DNA of 64,000 bases. Origin: Candidatus Anderseniibacteriota bacterium. Lineage in GTDB: Bacteria; Patescibacteriota; Andersenbacteria; UBA10190. The number at the start of each line of letters is the position of its first letter. The first letter of the stretch is position 1. This document shows positions 10,228 through 20,014 of the stretch, one piece after another. Made by a program: the position numbers and the translations under genes. The DNA is taken from assembly GCA_021414205.1 (NCBI GenBank), contig JAIOOW010000002.1, positions 404,171-468,170 of the forward strand, read 5' to 3'. The notes below the pieces were generated by a model. The model ran no database searches, was not told the origin of the DNA, and saw nothing but the letters and a program-made list of their open reading frames with translations.

Positions 10228-13200
10228 ATGAAACGCTCGCTGGTAGCCATTGTTTTTGTTGCAGGAATAGTGCTTTCATTTCATGACGCAAAGGCGGCAG
10301 CGCCTACCTGTAACGGCCAAACAGCCACAGTATACGTAGACAGCGGAGTGATAGTAGGAGGGCCAGGAAACGGCACTACGTTTACCGGCACATTAACAGC
10401 AAGTTCCGCCTCAGTTATCGTTGGTACCAGTGGCGACGATACGATTACCGGAAGCGGATCAGCAGATACTATCTGCCCAGGCGATGGGAATGACACTATT
10501 GACGGAGGAACGGGCACAGACACTATCGCATTCACAACAAACAGCGATACGAGCGGAATTACCATCTCTATTACAGGTAGCAGCTCGGGCTCTATTACAA
10601 CTTCCACCGGAACATCAACCTTTACACGAGCGGAAAGTTTTGTGGGAACGCAATATAACGACACGTTTACCATGGGTGCAAGCGGATCGTTAACTGGAAC
10701 TGTAAACGGTGGCGCTGGGTCAGACACAATAGACTACAGTTCGCGATCAAGCGCCCTAAGCTTGAACATGTACACAGGCGTACTTACAAGCATTTCAGGT
10801 ACTGTAAGCAATATAGAAAATCTAACAGCCGGATCAGGAGCAGATACTATTATCGGAAACAGTAGCGCAAATACCCTCAACGGAAATGGCGGTAATGACA
10901 TTATATTCGGCGGAGACGGTGCGGACACGCTCTTGGGTGGTGCTGGAAAAAATATTCTGATTGGAGGAAAAGGCGCAGACACGATTACAACAGATAGCAC
11001 TTCGACCGGAGATATTGATGTTGCCGATGAAACGTCGTATTCAGATAGCTCAACCGCAAACACGACAAATCTAGGACTCATTCGAACGGAATGGACTGGC
11101 GCATCATCATATGCAAACCGAATAGCACATATCCAAGGAACATTAGCCGGGGGACTTAATTCAACAGCACAGTTTAAAGTATCAACGCTTCAATACGATA
11201 ATGCTGCAGACAGCATAAACGGAAATGCTGCGTCCGTAAAAAACTGGTATATCTCCAGCGCTACGTTCGATACAATCACTAATACATTTAGCGGAGAAAC
11301 ATCAACCGACACATCAATCCCTGTTAGCATTGCATCGTCTGCAAACCCTACCGCAGCAGGAAACGATGTAACGTTCACTGCATCGTCAACACAAACAGCG
11401 GCAACGGGAACTGTAACCGTCTACAAAGATTCCACATCGCTAGGCACATGCACCTTTTCAAGTGGAAGCTGTACGTACCTTGCGAGCGGATTAACGGGTG
11501 GTTCGTATTCTATGACTGCTGTCTATGGCGGTGATACCTCATATAGCTCAAGTACTTCGAGCGCAATCACCCAAGTTATGACAGATACAACTGCACCAAC
11601 TCTTTCAGAAGTAACGGCAGTTACAACTCCTACCAGCGACTCAACCCCAAACTACACATTCAACACCAACGAAGCTGGGACAATTACATATGGGGGCTCC
11701 TGTTCTTCTGCAACCACATCTGCGACATCGGGAAATAATACAATTACATTCAGCACATTATCGAACGGCACATATAGCAACTGTACTATTACCGTCACAG
11801 ACGCTTCCAGTAATGCTTCGAGCGCCCTCGCAGTAACAACATTTACCGTGGACGCTACAGCTCCCACTGCAGCAATCACCTACTCCATTAGTCATGCCGT
11901 AAAGTCAGGAGATTCTCTTACAATCACCGCGACATTCAATGAGGCAATGGCAGATTCCCCTGTTCCAAAGATCTCTATATCTGGAGGGAATACATTGACT
12001 GCAACAGCAATGACGAAGTCTTCTTCTACGGTATACACATACGCTGATACAGTAGGCTCAGGAAATGGAACCGCAACGGTGGCGCTGTCGACTGGAACAG
12101 ATCTTGCAGGAAACGTAATCACGTCTGCACCAACATCCGGCTCGACATTTACGGTGGATAATACGGCGCCATCCGCGCCATCAACACCGGCTCTTGCGAG
12201 CGCAGACGATACCGGCAGCTCAAATAGCGACGCTATAACAACGCAAACGTCTGGATTAACATTTACCGGTACCGCTGAATCATCCAGTACCGTACAACTA
12301 TACGATGGGGTAAGTACGACGGGAAGCTCTACAACGGCAACGGGAGGTAACTGGAGTATCGATCTTTCGCTAACAGCAGGAGCTCATACGATTACTGCAA
12401 AGGCTACAGATGCTGCAGGAAACACCTCATCCTCCTCCGCTTCATTAACAGTTACAGTAGATAGCACAGCGCCAACCGTAACGGAAGTAACGGCAGTTAC
12501 AACTCCTACCAGCGATACGACTCCCGACTACACGTTTAATACAAACGAGGCAGGAACCATAGCATACGGAGGTTCATGCTCCTCTGTAACCACCTCCGCA
12601 TCGTCGGGAAATAATACTATTACATTTAATGCCCTTGCAGACGGAGCATACACTACCTGCACAGTCCAAATTACGGACGCCGCTGGCAATATATCAACCG
12701 CCCTTACGGTAACGTCGTTTACCATCTCCACTGCAACGCTTTCATCCCCTAGTGACCCCGCAGCAAATAACGGCGGGGGCGGGGGAAGTTCTGCAGAAGT
12801 CCCAATCTCGTTGATACATGTTGCACCGCCTCAAAACTTCTCCGCAAAAGCAACGCATGGTTTTTCCATTAAAGTCTCGGACCCTGACCAGGTTAAAAAA
12901 GTAACTATGCGAATACTTGGTAAAACATATGCACTTACCCATGCACTCAAGAGCGCAACGTACAGCTTGGCCATAAAAGCTGTTATAAAAGTTACGAAAG
13001 CTGCCTATGTACTAACGATTAATTATGGATCCTACAACGTAAAACAATATGGGATACTCTCATTATTCGCACAGCCATCCCCGCTACCCTCTAATGCCCT
13101 CCTGCAGAAAGTTAACGCTCTCTACCGCCAAACATACGGGAGAAATCCGACATACGAAGAATGGCTGTATTGGTCAAATCGAGTAAAGAAAGGCGATAAA

Positions 13201-13266
13201 AAAACATCATCTGAGCTCTTAGGCGCTATGCAGTGGCAACACATGCGCGCAGCGCAAGCACATTGA
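10228..13266 (+). CDS. giant secreted/surface protein: N-terminal RTX calcium-binding repeat domain, Ig-like repeats, C-terminal DUF4214-like module
   Basis: Signal peptide, RTX repeats homologous to preceding gene, S/T-rich Ig-like repeats punctuated by TAPT, Gly5 linker, C-terminal YGRNPTYEEWLYW motif. Confidence 0.8.
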   Translation: MKRSLVAIVFVAGIVLSFHDAKAAAPTCNGQTATVYVDSGVIVGGPGNGTTFTGTLTASSASVIVGTSGDDTITGSGSADTICPGDGNDTIDGGTGTDTIAFTTNSDTSGITISITGSSSGSITTSTGTSTFTRAESFVGTQYNDTFTMGASGSLTGTVNGGAGSDTIDYSSRSSALSLNMYTGVLTSISGTVSNIENLTAGSGADTIIGNSSANTLNGNGGNDIIFGGDGADTLLGGAGKNILIGGKGADTITTDSTSTGDIDVADETSYSDSSTANTTNLGLIRTEWTGASSYANRIAHIQGTLAGGLNSTAQFKVSTLQYDNAADSINGNAASVKNWYISSATFDTITNTFSGETSTDTSIPVSIASSANPTAAGNDVTFTASSTQTAATGTVTVYKDSTSLGTCTFSSGSCTYLASGLTGGSYSMTAVYGGDTSYSSSTSSAITQVMTDTTAPTLSEVTAVTTPTSDSTPNYTFNTNEAGTITYGGSCSSATTSATSGNNTITFSTLSNGTYSNCTITVTDASSNASSALAVTTFTVDATAPTAAITYSISHAVKSGDSLTITATFNEAMADSPVPKISISGGNTLTATAMTKSSSTVYTYADTVGSGNGTATVALSTGTDLAGNVITSAPTSGSTFTVDNTAPSAPSTPALASADDTGSSNSDAITTQTSGLTFTGTAESSSTVQLYDGVSTTGSSTTATGGNWSIDLSLTAGAHTITAKATDAAGNTSSSSASLTVTVDSTAPTVTEVTAVTTPTSDTTPDYTFNTNEAGTIAYGGSCSSVTTSASSGNNTITFNALADGAYTTCTVQITDAAGNISTALTVTSFTISTATLSSPSDPAANNGGGGGSSAEVPISLIHVAPPQNFSAKATHGFSIKVSDPDQVKKVTMRILGKTYALTHALKSATYSLAIKAVIKVTKAAYVLTINYGSYNVKQYGILSLFAQPSPLPSNALLQKVNALYRQTYGRNPTYEEWLYWSNRVKKGDKKTSSELLGAMQWQHMRAAQAH
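11598..11880 (+). repeat. internal domain repeat copy 1 (about 85-aa module SEVTAVTTPTSDSTPNYTFNTNEAGTITYGGSCSS...)
   Basis: Protein-level duplicate of copy at 12474..12745; 32-nt identical core gaagtaacggcagttacaactcctaccagcga near 11608. Confidence 0.5.
12474..12745 (+). repeat. internal domain repeat copy 2 (TEVTAVTTPTSDTTPDYTFNTNEAGTIAYGGSCSS...)
   Basis: Same 32-nt identical core near 12484, remainder diverged synonymously and non-synonymously. Confidence 0.5.
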
Positions 13267-13456
13267 CTTTTCATCTTCAATCCGCTACACTTGTAAGTAA
13301 TCAGTAATTTCTAGCGTAGTTGAGCCGTATTTCAGAGCCGAGACCAACCGTTCAGGATCAGAATTATACTCAAAACCGTTAGGCAAACTATTCGATTTTA
13401 CCGAATATCGCTTTTCGCAGTTTTATTATTTAAATTATCATTAAGAACAACAAAAT

Positions 13457-15400
13457 ATGAATCAAGTTCCGACGCCGCCACCAGTGCGGCCACGACAGCC
13501 AGCTGCTCCTGTTACAGGGGTTCCAAGAACTGCTACTCCAACTAAAGCGCCAGCGCGACATCCTCGCCCAGCGCGCAGGCCAGGCAATGGTCGTCCGCAA
13601 CAGGGAAACGGCGGACGCAGACAGCAAGGACGACGCCCTCATCGAGGACGCGAAAAAAGCTCTGGAATTCCATTTGGACCATCTCGGCTCCAAGAACCAG
13701 TGCTTGTAAAACAACCACCAAGAAATCCGGACGGAATGTACTTAATTCCATTAGGAGGCCTTGAAGAAATCGGACGAAACTCCGCAGCAGTTGAATACAA
13801 GGGCGACATTATTATTATCGACTTAGGATTAATGTTCCCGAACGAGAATATGTATGGAATCGACTATATCATTCCCGATATTTCCCCTCTTGCAGGAAAA
13901 GAAAAGAATATCAAAGGAGTTATCGTAACGCACGCCCATTACGACCATTTCGGTGGCGTACCTCATTTACTTCCAAAGCTTGGCAATCCGCCAATTTATG
14001 GATCCGAATTTACGATGCGACTTGTTGAAAAACGCCAAGCAGACTTCCCGATGTATGCAAAGCCGAAAGTAAACATTGTAAAACGAAAAGAAAAATTCCG
14101 ACTTGGAAAATTCGAGATTGAAACATTCCACGTAAACCATTCCGTACCAAATGCATTCGGAGTTGTAGTGCGAACTCCTGCAGGATCAATTGCATTCACA
14201 GGAGACTTCAAATTCGATACCAACCCGGTAAACGACTTGCCTGCCGACGAAGTGCATTTGCAAGAAATTGGAAAAGAAGGCGTAACTATTCTCTACACCG
14301 ATTCCACTGGAGCGGAACGAGAAGGTCACAGCCTTTCCGAAAAAGCAGTTGAGACAAACTTGGATAAGATTTTCTCTGAACATCCTAACCAGCGAATTAT
14401 CACTGCCACATTCTCTTCCATGATCGACCGCTTGCAGCAGATGGTATCTATCGCAGAAAAGCATGGCCGAAAAGTTGCTGTAGACGGATATTCTATGAAA
14501 ACGAACGTTGCTATTGCAAAAGAAATCGGATTCATGGACTTCAAACCAGGAACAATTATTACTCCCGAGGAAAGCAATAAGCTTGCTCCCGGCAAAGTAT
14601 TAATCCTTTGCACAGGAGCGCAAGGAGAAGACAATGCTGTATTGATGCGTATCGTAAATAAGGAACACAGAAGCTTAGAGATTAACGCCGGCGACGTTGT
14701 GATCTTCTCTTCTTCCGTGATTCCAGGAAACGAAGCATCAGTGCAATTGGTAAAAGACCAAATCTATCGACAAGGCGCTGAAGTAATCCATTACAAGATG
14801 ATGGATATTCACTCCGGAGGACACGGTCACCGAGACGACTTGCAGCACATGATCGATTTAGTGCAACCGAAGTTCTTAATCCCTGCGCACGGATACTTTT
14901 CGTTCAGAGCAGAGCATGCAAAGATGGCCGTTATGAACGGATTCCCTCGAAGCAACGCTCTCTTGCCAGCAAACGGCGAAGTTGTCGAAATCGTAGACAA
15001 CAAAGCTCGATTGAATGGCGAGAAATACACTATTAACCACATCATGGTCGACGGTCTTGGAGTGGGCGACGTTGGCGAAGTAGTGCTTCGCGATCGCCAG
15101 CTCTTGGCAGAAGACGGCATGGTTGTTGTTCTTGCAACCGTAGACGGGCACAGCGGCGAAATTATCGGGGACCCCGATATTATCTCCCGCGGATTCATCT
15201 ATATGAAAGAGCATCAGCAGCTGGTTGCAGAGACTCGGGAAGAAATTCGAAAAGTCATCGCAAAACATATCAGCAAGCAACATGGCACCGAACAAAATTG
15301 GGCCCATGTGAAAGAAGCAGTACGAGATGAAATCGGCACGTATCTGTTCCAGAAAACAGAACGCCGACCGATGATCCTCCCAGTCATCGTAGAAGTATAA
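13457..15400 (+). CDS. rnj: ribonuclease J (metallo-beta-lactamase / beta-CASP) with about 95-aa Arg/Pro/Gln-rich N-terminal extension
   Basis: MYLIPLGGLEEIGRN.., HAHYDHFGG (HxHxDH), beta-CASP and C-terminal domain; N-terminal low-complexity region uses GC-rich codons; alternative start at MYLIP about 13739. Confidence 0.85.
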   Translation: MNQVPTPPPVRPRQPAAPVTGVPRTATPTKAPARHPRPARRPGNGRPQQGNGGRRQQGRRPHRGREKSSGIPFGPSRLQEPVLVKQPPRNPDGMYLIPLGGLEEIGRNSAAVEYKGDIIIIDLGLMFPNENMYGIDYIIPDISPLAGKEKNIKGVIVTHAHYDHFGGVPHLLPKLGNPPIYGSEFTMRLVEKRQADFPMYAKPKVNIVKRKEKFRLGKFEIETFHVNHSVPNAFGVVVRTPAGSIAFTGDFKFDTNPVNDLPADEVHLQEIGKEGVTILYTDSTGAEREGHSLSEKAVETNLDKIFSEHPNQRIITATFSSMIDRLQQMVSIAEKHGRKVAVDGYSMKTNVAIAKEIGFMDFKPGTIITPEESNKLAPGKVLILCTGAQGEDNAVLMRIVNKEHRSLEINAGDVVIFSSSVIPGNEASVQLVKDQIYRQGAEVIHYKMMDIHSGGHGHRDDLQHMIDLVQPKFLIPAHGYFSFRAEHAKMAVMNGFPRSNALLPANGEVVEIVDNKARLNGEKYTINHIMVDGLGVGDVGEVVLRDRQLLAEDGMVVVLATVDGHSGEIIGDPDIISRGFIYMKEHQQLVAETREEIRKVIAKHISKQHGTEQNWAHVKEAVRDEIGTYLFQKTERRPMILPVIVEV

Positions 15401-15402
15401 GC

Positions 15403-15431
15403 AAAAAACTCCCCATATCGGGGAGTTTTTT
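15403..15431 (+). terminator. rho-independent terminator after rnj
   Basis: aactcccc-atatc-ggggagtt hairpin followed by TTTTTT. Confidence 0.7.
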
Positions 15432-15472
15432 CATGCGTAGCAATCGCTAACAAACCGTGCTACCGTTTATAC

Positions 15473-16477
15473 ATGCCACAAGAAACCCTTACCAACAAAA
15501 CGATTTTTTCAGGAATCCAGCCCTCTGGCATACTGCACATTGGGAACTATTTAGGTGCAATTCGGCAATGGATAAAGCTTCAACAAGACAATACAACAAT
15601 TTTCTGCATCGTCGACGAACATGCGATTACCGTTCCCTATGATCCAAAAACGCTACCAGATCGTGTACTCGACGTTGCAGCAGCATACATCGCAGCTGGC
15701 ATTGATCCGGAAAAAAGTATCGTATTCGTACAATCGAACGTAGCAGCCCATACAGAACTTGCATGGCTATTATCAACAATTGCTCCATACGGACAGATGT
15801 CACGCATGACGCAGTTCAAAGACAAATCAAAAAAATTATCTTCTAAAGACGCAATCTCTCTTGCGCTATTTTCGTACCCCGTTTTAATGGCTGCGGACAT
15901 TTTACTATACGGCACGCAAGTCGTTCCTGTTGGAGAAGATCAAAAACAACACATCGAATTAACAAGAGATATAGCAGAAAAGTTTAATTCTCAATTCGGC
16001 GAAACATTTATATTGCCAGAACCGTATATCCCTACAGACTCTGCGCGCATCATGTCACTCACCGATCCTGCAAAAAAGATGAGTAAGAGCGACGCAGAAA
16101 AAAGCTATATAGCACTTACCGACGCTCCAGATGTTATTAGAAAAAAAATAGCCGGCGCAGTTACGGATACTGAAGCGATCTTCTCGTTTAAGAAAAGCGG
16201 TCCTGCCGTGAAAAATTTACTAGCAATTTATAAAGCATTCAGCGATAAAACAGAAGAAGAAATTGAAAAACAATTCGACGACGCAACATACAAAGATTTT
16301 AAATCTGCACTTGCAGAAACAGTCATTACGACACTCGAACCGTTTCAAAAAAAATACAACGAGATCCGAAGCGAAGACACGGAACTGCGACTCATATTGG
16401 GCAAAGGCGGACACAGGGCACAGGGGATTGCGAATGCAAAACTTCACGAAGTAAAGATAAAAATGGGATTAGTGTAG
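15473..16477 (+). CDS. trpS: tryptophan--tRNA ligase
   Basis: HIGH-class motif ILHIGNYLGA and KMSKS (KMSKSD); 334 aa. Confidence 0.92.
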   Translation: MPQETLTNKTIFSGIQPSGILHIGNYLGAIRQWIKLQQDNTTIFCIVDEHAITVPYDPKTLPDRVLDVAAAYIAAGIDPEKSIVFVQSNVAAHTELAWLLSTIAPYGQMSRMTQFKDKSKKLSSKDAISLALFSYPVLMAADILLYGTQVVPVGEDQKQHIELTRDIAEKFNSQFGETFILPEPYIPTDSARIMSLTDPAKKMSKSDAEKSYIALTDAPDVIRKKIAGAVTDTEAIFSFKKSGPAVKNLLAIYKAFSDKTEEEIEKQFDDATYKDFKSALAETVITTLEPFQKKYNEIRSEDTELRLILGKGGHRAQGIANAKLHEVKIKMGLV

Positions 16478-16504
16478 AAAAAAATCTCGCACGAAAGTGT
16501 GCGA
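16478..16504. terminator. hairpin with GAAA tetraloop (tctcgcac-gaaa-gtgcgaga) flanked by A7 on + / T7 on -; possible bidirectional terminator
   Basis: Perfect 8-bp stem directly after trpS stop; U-tract only present on minus-strand reading. Confidence 0.4.
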
Positions 16505-16827
16505 GACAGTAGTCTTTCAGCAATACCGATTGAACCGTATTCGATTTAAATATCTCTTTACTCTCCTCATCTTTTTGCGCACCATTGCTTTCCGACGTTT
16601 CTGCATAGCAGTTAACTTTCTCAATTATTCCTCTCCCCAAAAGAGCTGTACTGACCTTAAAAACACACTTCCCTCCCCATAACTATATAATCCTCTTTCC
16701 AATTATTGACTAGAGCAGCACGACGATTAGGCTAAAGCAATATATTGACTTTCTTTTTTGTTCGGAACATATATACAGCAGTGCCCTTTCAACAGTTCAA
16801 TTATTTCCCACGTACGGAGACTCTCAC

Positions 16828-17211
16828 ATGCCTGCGACACTTGAACTTGTGCGACTACGTCCAACAGAAGTGACAAGCTTGGAAGAGCTGGTAAATGCAA
16901 TGATTGCTGCCGGAGAGCAAACAGAACTTACCCACCCAGGGCCCGTCATCGCAGAGTTAAAATGGTCCGAACTGACCATCATCGGCTCCGCATACCACGA
17001 TACTGCGATCAAGCGCAGAATCATCGTCAAAAACGGTTGCTACTTACCTAAGGGGCACGAAGAATTAACTAGGCTAGCCCAAGAGCTTGCATGGGCAAGA
17101 CCCTTCAAGCCCTTCGTTGTTCGATACGAACTACAAAATCGAGATCTGCGAGACATCCCTATTGCCGAGTACCGCCAAGTCATTTGGGAAAAATGCGAAC
17201 CTTGGAAATAA
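16828..17211 (+). CDS. hypothetical protein (127 aa), orphan
   Basis: ORF with slightly elevated GC, followed by its own terminator; no recognisable motif. Confidence 0.4.
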   Translation: MPATLELVRLRPTEVTSLEELVNAMIAAGEQTELTHPGPVIAELKWSELTIIGSAYHDTAIKRRIIVKNGCYLPKGHEELTRLAQELAWARPFKPFVVRYELQNRDLRDIPIAEYRQVIWEKCEPWK

Positions 17212-17225
17212 TGACAGCCAGTACA

Positions 17226-17264
17226 AGGCCTATATGCAGCGCACGTAGGCCTCTTTTTTATTTT
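17226..17264 (+). terminator. rho-independent terminator
   Basis: AGGCCT ... AGGCCT self-complementary 6-bp stem, 15-nt loop, then CTTTTTTATTTT. Confidence 0.55.
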
Positions 17265-17288
17265 CCGAGGGGGTGTACGATTATTCGT

Positions 17289-18995
17289 ATGCAAAATAAC
17301 CTATCTCAAGAAGCGCAAAAGAACGTAGATATATGGCTTACCGATGCAAAATATGCAGAGTATAAGCCCGAGCTCGAGAAGCTCATCGCAGACGAAGACT
17401 GGAAAACTCTCGAAGATAGCTTCTTTATGACGATTCCTTTTGGAACAGGCGGGCGCCGAGGAAAAGTTGGAATCGGGTCCAACAGAATGAACAAGGCGAC
17501 AATCGGAGAATCAGCACAGGGATTGTGCGACTACGTAGTTGCGCAACTAGGAGAAGATGCGAAAAAGGCAGGCATTGTTATTGCCCACGATACCAGAACA
17601 ACATCTCGAGAGTTTGCAGAATACACAGCAAGCATTATTACTGCAAACGGATTTACGACATATTTATTTGATTCATTTCGCGCAACCCCAGAACTATCAT
17701 TTGCTGTTCGACATTTAAAAGCTGTGGCGGGTATCGTCATTAGTGCCAGCCATAACCCGCCGCAAGACAACGGCTTTAAGGCGTACTGGACAGACGGTGC
17801 GCAAATTATTCAACCGCACGATAAAGGAATTATAGATGCGGTAGAAAATGTAGCGTCCCTGCCTGACATAAAAAACAACCTGGAAGGCGTGCAGATAATT
17901 GGCAAAGAAGTTGACGATGCATACATCGCAGCAATTGCGCAAGAATCACTTTCAAAAAGCAGGTCAGCTATTATCGCATATTCTCCATTACACGGAACCG
18001 GAACAATGAGTGCGCAAAAAATTCTAGAGCACGTAGGATTTCAGAATCTGACAATTGTTGAGGAACAGGCAACGCCAGACGGATCTTTCCCCAACTTGCC
18101 AAACAATATTCCAAACCCAGAAGTACCATCTGCAAGCGAAATGGTGACGCAGTACGCAGAGCGATTGCATGCAGATATAGCAATCACCACTGATCCTGAT
18201 GCGGATCGCTTGGGCGTCGTGGTGCAAGATACCGATGGTATTTACAAACTCTTAACAGGAAATCAAATCGCAGCCCTTGCCGCATACTACGTCGCGAGCA
18301 AAGGAGCGAAAGGGTTCGTCGTTCGAACAATTGTAACTACGGACATGCTCGATGCAATTTCGGAAGATTTTGGATTAAACATATACAACAATATCCTAGT
18401 TGGCTTTAAATACGTAGCTCAGCTTATTCGCGAAAAACAAGACGAGGGCGATGAAACATTCCTAATCGGCGGAGAAGAAAGCTATGGCATGCTCAAAGGA
18501 TCATATTGCCGCGATAAAGATGCCGCAGTTGCTGCATTGCTCTTATGCGAACTTGCATCAGAACTAAAGGATCAAGGAAAAACATTAATGTGGCAATTAA
18601 ACGAGTTGTATAAAAAATATGGCGTATTCACTGAAACGCTTGCGAATATCCAATACCCAGGAGCTGATGGGTTTGCGAACATGCAACGCATCATGAAGCA
18701 GCTTCGAGAACATCCCCCTACCGATATCGCTGGAACTCCCATTACAGCAGTTGTAGATAGAGAGAAGTTTGAGGGGACCGAAAAAGGAAATGTCTTAATC
18801 TTTGAACTATCAGACGATCATCACACACGATTAACAATCAGGCCTTCCGGCACCGAACCAAAAATCAAAATCTACACACAACTTCATGCACCTGTCGACG
18901 CAGCCATTTCAGATGCAAAACTAGGAGAAGTTAAAACATCAGAACTTGCGCGAGCAAATACGCTCACCGAAGCTTTAACAAAATTGGCGCAATAA
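17289..18995 (+). CDS. phosphoglucomutase/phosphomannomutase family protein (alpha-D-phosphohexomutase)
   Basis: Active-site serine loop GIVISASHNPPQDNGFK; start taken at ATG 17289 (MQNNLSQ) to avoid overlap with preceding ORF and terminator. Confidence 0.85.
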   Translation: MQNNLSQEAQKNVDIWLTDAKYAEYKPELEKLIADEDWKTLEDSFFMTIPFGTGGRRGKVGIGSNRMNKATIGESAQGLCDYVVAQLGEDAKKAGIVIAHDTRTTSREFAEYTASIITANGFTTYLFDSFRATPELSFAVRHLKAVAGIVISASHNPPQDNGFKAYWTDGAQIIQPHDKGIIDAVENVASLPDIKNNLEGVQIIGKEVDDAYIAAIAQESLSKSRSAIIAYSPLHGTGTMSAQKILEHVGFQNLTIVEEQATPDGSFPNLPNNIPNPEVPSASEMVTQYAERLHADIAITTDPDADRLGVVVQDTDGIYKLLTGNQIAALAAYYVASKGAKGFVVRTIVTTDMLDAISEDFGLNIYNNILVGFKYVAQLIREKQDEGDETFLIGGEESYGMLKGSYCRDKDAAVAALLLCELASELKDQGKTLMWQLNELYKKYGVFTETLANIQYPGADGFANMQRIMKQLREHPPTDIAGTPITAVVDREKFEGTEKGNVLIFELSDDHHTRLTIRPSGTEPKIKIYTQLHAPVDAAISDAKLGEVKTSELARANTLTEALTKLAQ

Positions 18996-19060
18996 AAAAC
19001 GGCGACACCTTTGCAAGGTCCGCCGCGTACATTCAAATTAATTTCTGTTAGGATGATTCA

Positions 19061-19918
19061 TCAATGGACGATACCCATATTGCGCTCGAGAAAATCAATC
19101 GCGCGCTCTTCCAGATAAGCTGGATCTGAAAACATCCGCCTCCAAATCTTCGTGGCCGCAGCGATTTGCGGTATGGCGAACCCGAATGCTTCGACAGTCA
19201 GCCAACTATCATACTTGAGCTCTTTCAACATACGAAACGTAGCGTCCCAGTCGACAAGACCTTCTCCCGGAGTAGCCCTGTTGTTCTCGGAGATGTGCAC
19301 ATGCGAGACTTGATCCCAGGCGCTTGTCATTGCCACATCGATACTAGCCTCCTCGATGTTTGCATGAAACGTATCATACATGAGCCTCAAATTGGGATGA
19401 TTAATTCTGCGAGTAAAGGCTGCTGCGCTCCCCACATCCGTGAACATGTAACACTCGAACCGATTAAGCGCCTCGAGCGCCAAAACAACCCCCTTCGTTC
19501 CGGCATGATCGGCGACTTCTGCGAGGCAATCCTTGCACCACATCATCTCTTGGTCAGTTGGCCCCGCGCCAGTGAACTCACCAAGAGCTGAATGCATTGG
19601 CCCGCACAGGATTCTCGCCCCAGCAGCGTCTGCGCAATCCACTGCCAACTTCAACGAGGTAACCGCTGCTGCGCGAACTTCCGGTTTTGGAGAAACTGGA
19701 TTTGTGGCCGCAGTACAGATAGTCACCGCGGTGCGCTCCAACCCAATTTCGTCCAGCATCTTGCCAGTTGCGGCATAACCAGGAACAACTCCTCCAAGAA
19801 TCGGCAGCTCCACACCGTCGTACCCAAACTTTCGAATCCTTTCGAGGACCCCCCTGTGCTCTGCAGTAACCTCGAATGTGTGCAACAGCATGTTCATTCC
19901 GTACTTCATCGCTTTCAA
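19061..19918 (-). CDS. sugar phosphate isomerase/epimerase (xylose isomerase-like TIM barrel)
   Basis: 285 aa with TIM-barrel AP-endonuclease/xylose-isomerase-like blocks; GC about 52% vs about 44% baseline. Confidence 0.75.
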   Translation of the reverse strand: MKAMKYGMNMLLHTFEVTAEHRGVLERIRKFGYDGVELPILGGVVPGYAATGKMLDEIGLERTAVTICTAATNPVSPKPEVRAAAVTSLKLAVDCADAAGARILCGPMHSALGEFTGAGPTDQEMMWCKDCLAEVADHAGTKGVVLALEALNRFECYMFTDVGSAAAFTRRINHPNLRLMYDTFHANIEEASIDVAMTSAWDQVSHVHISENNRATPGEGLVDWDATFRMLKELKYDSWLTVEAFGFAIPQIAAATKIWRRMFSDPAYLEERAIDFLERNMGIVH

Positions 19919-20014
19919 CCCTTTCGTATGGCGTGTAAAAATAGCAAACTGCCAACATGGCAGTGTGCAATATATAGCACACTAATGTATCTCAGTCAAC
20001 GTCTTCAAAAATGA

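Noticed and set aside
16392-16640. 82-aa minus-strand ORF overlapping the trpS 3' end and terminator
   Set aside because: Overlaps a well-supported gene and a terminator hairpin, has no RBS and no recognisable motif; probably spurious
18996-19060. Imperfect hairpin ggcgacacc-tttgcaa-ggtccgcc between the convergent phosphohexomutase and TIM-barrel genes as a bidirectional terminator
   Set aside because: Stem has bulges and no clear U-tract on either strand; too weak to call
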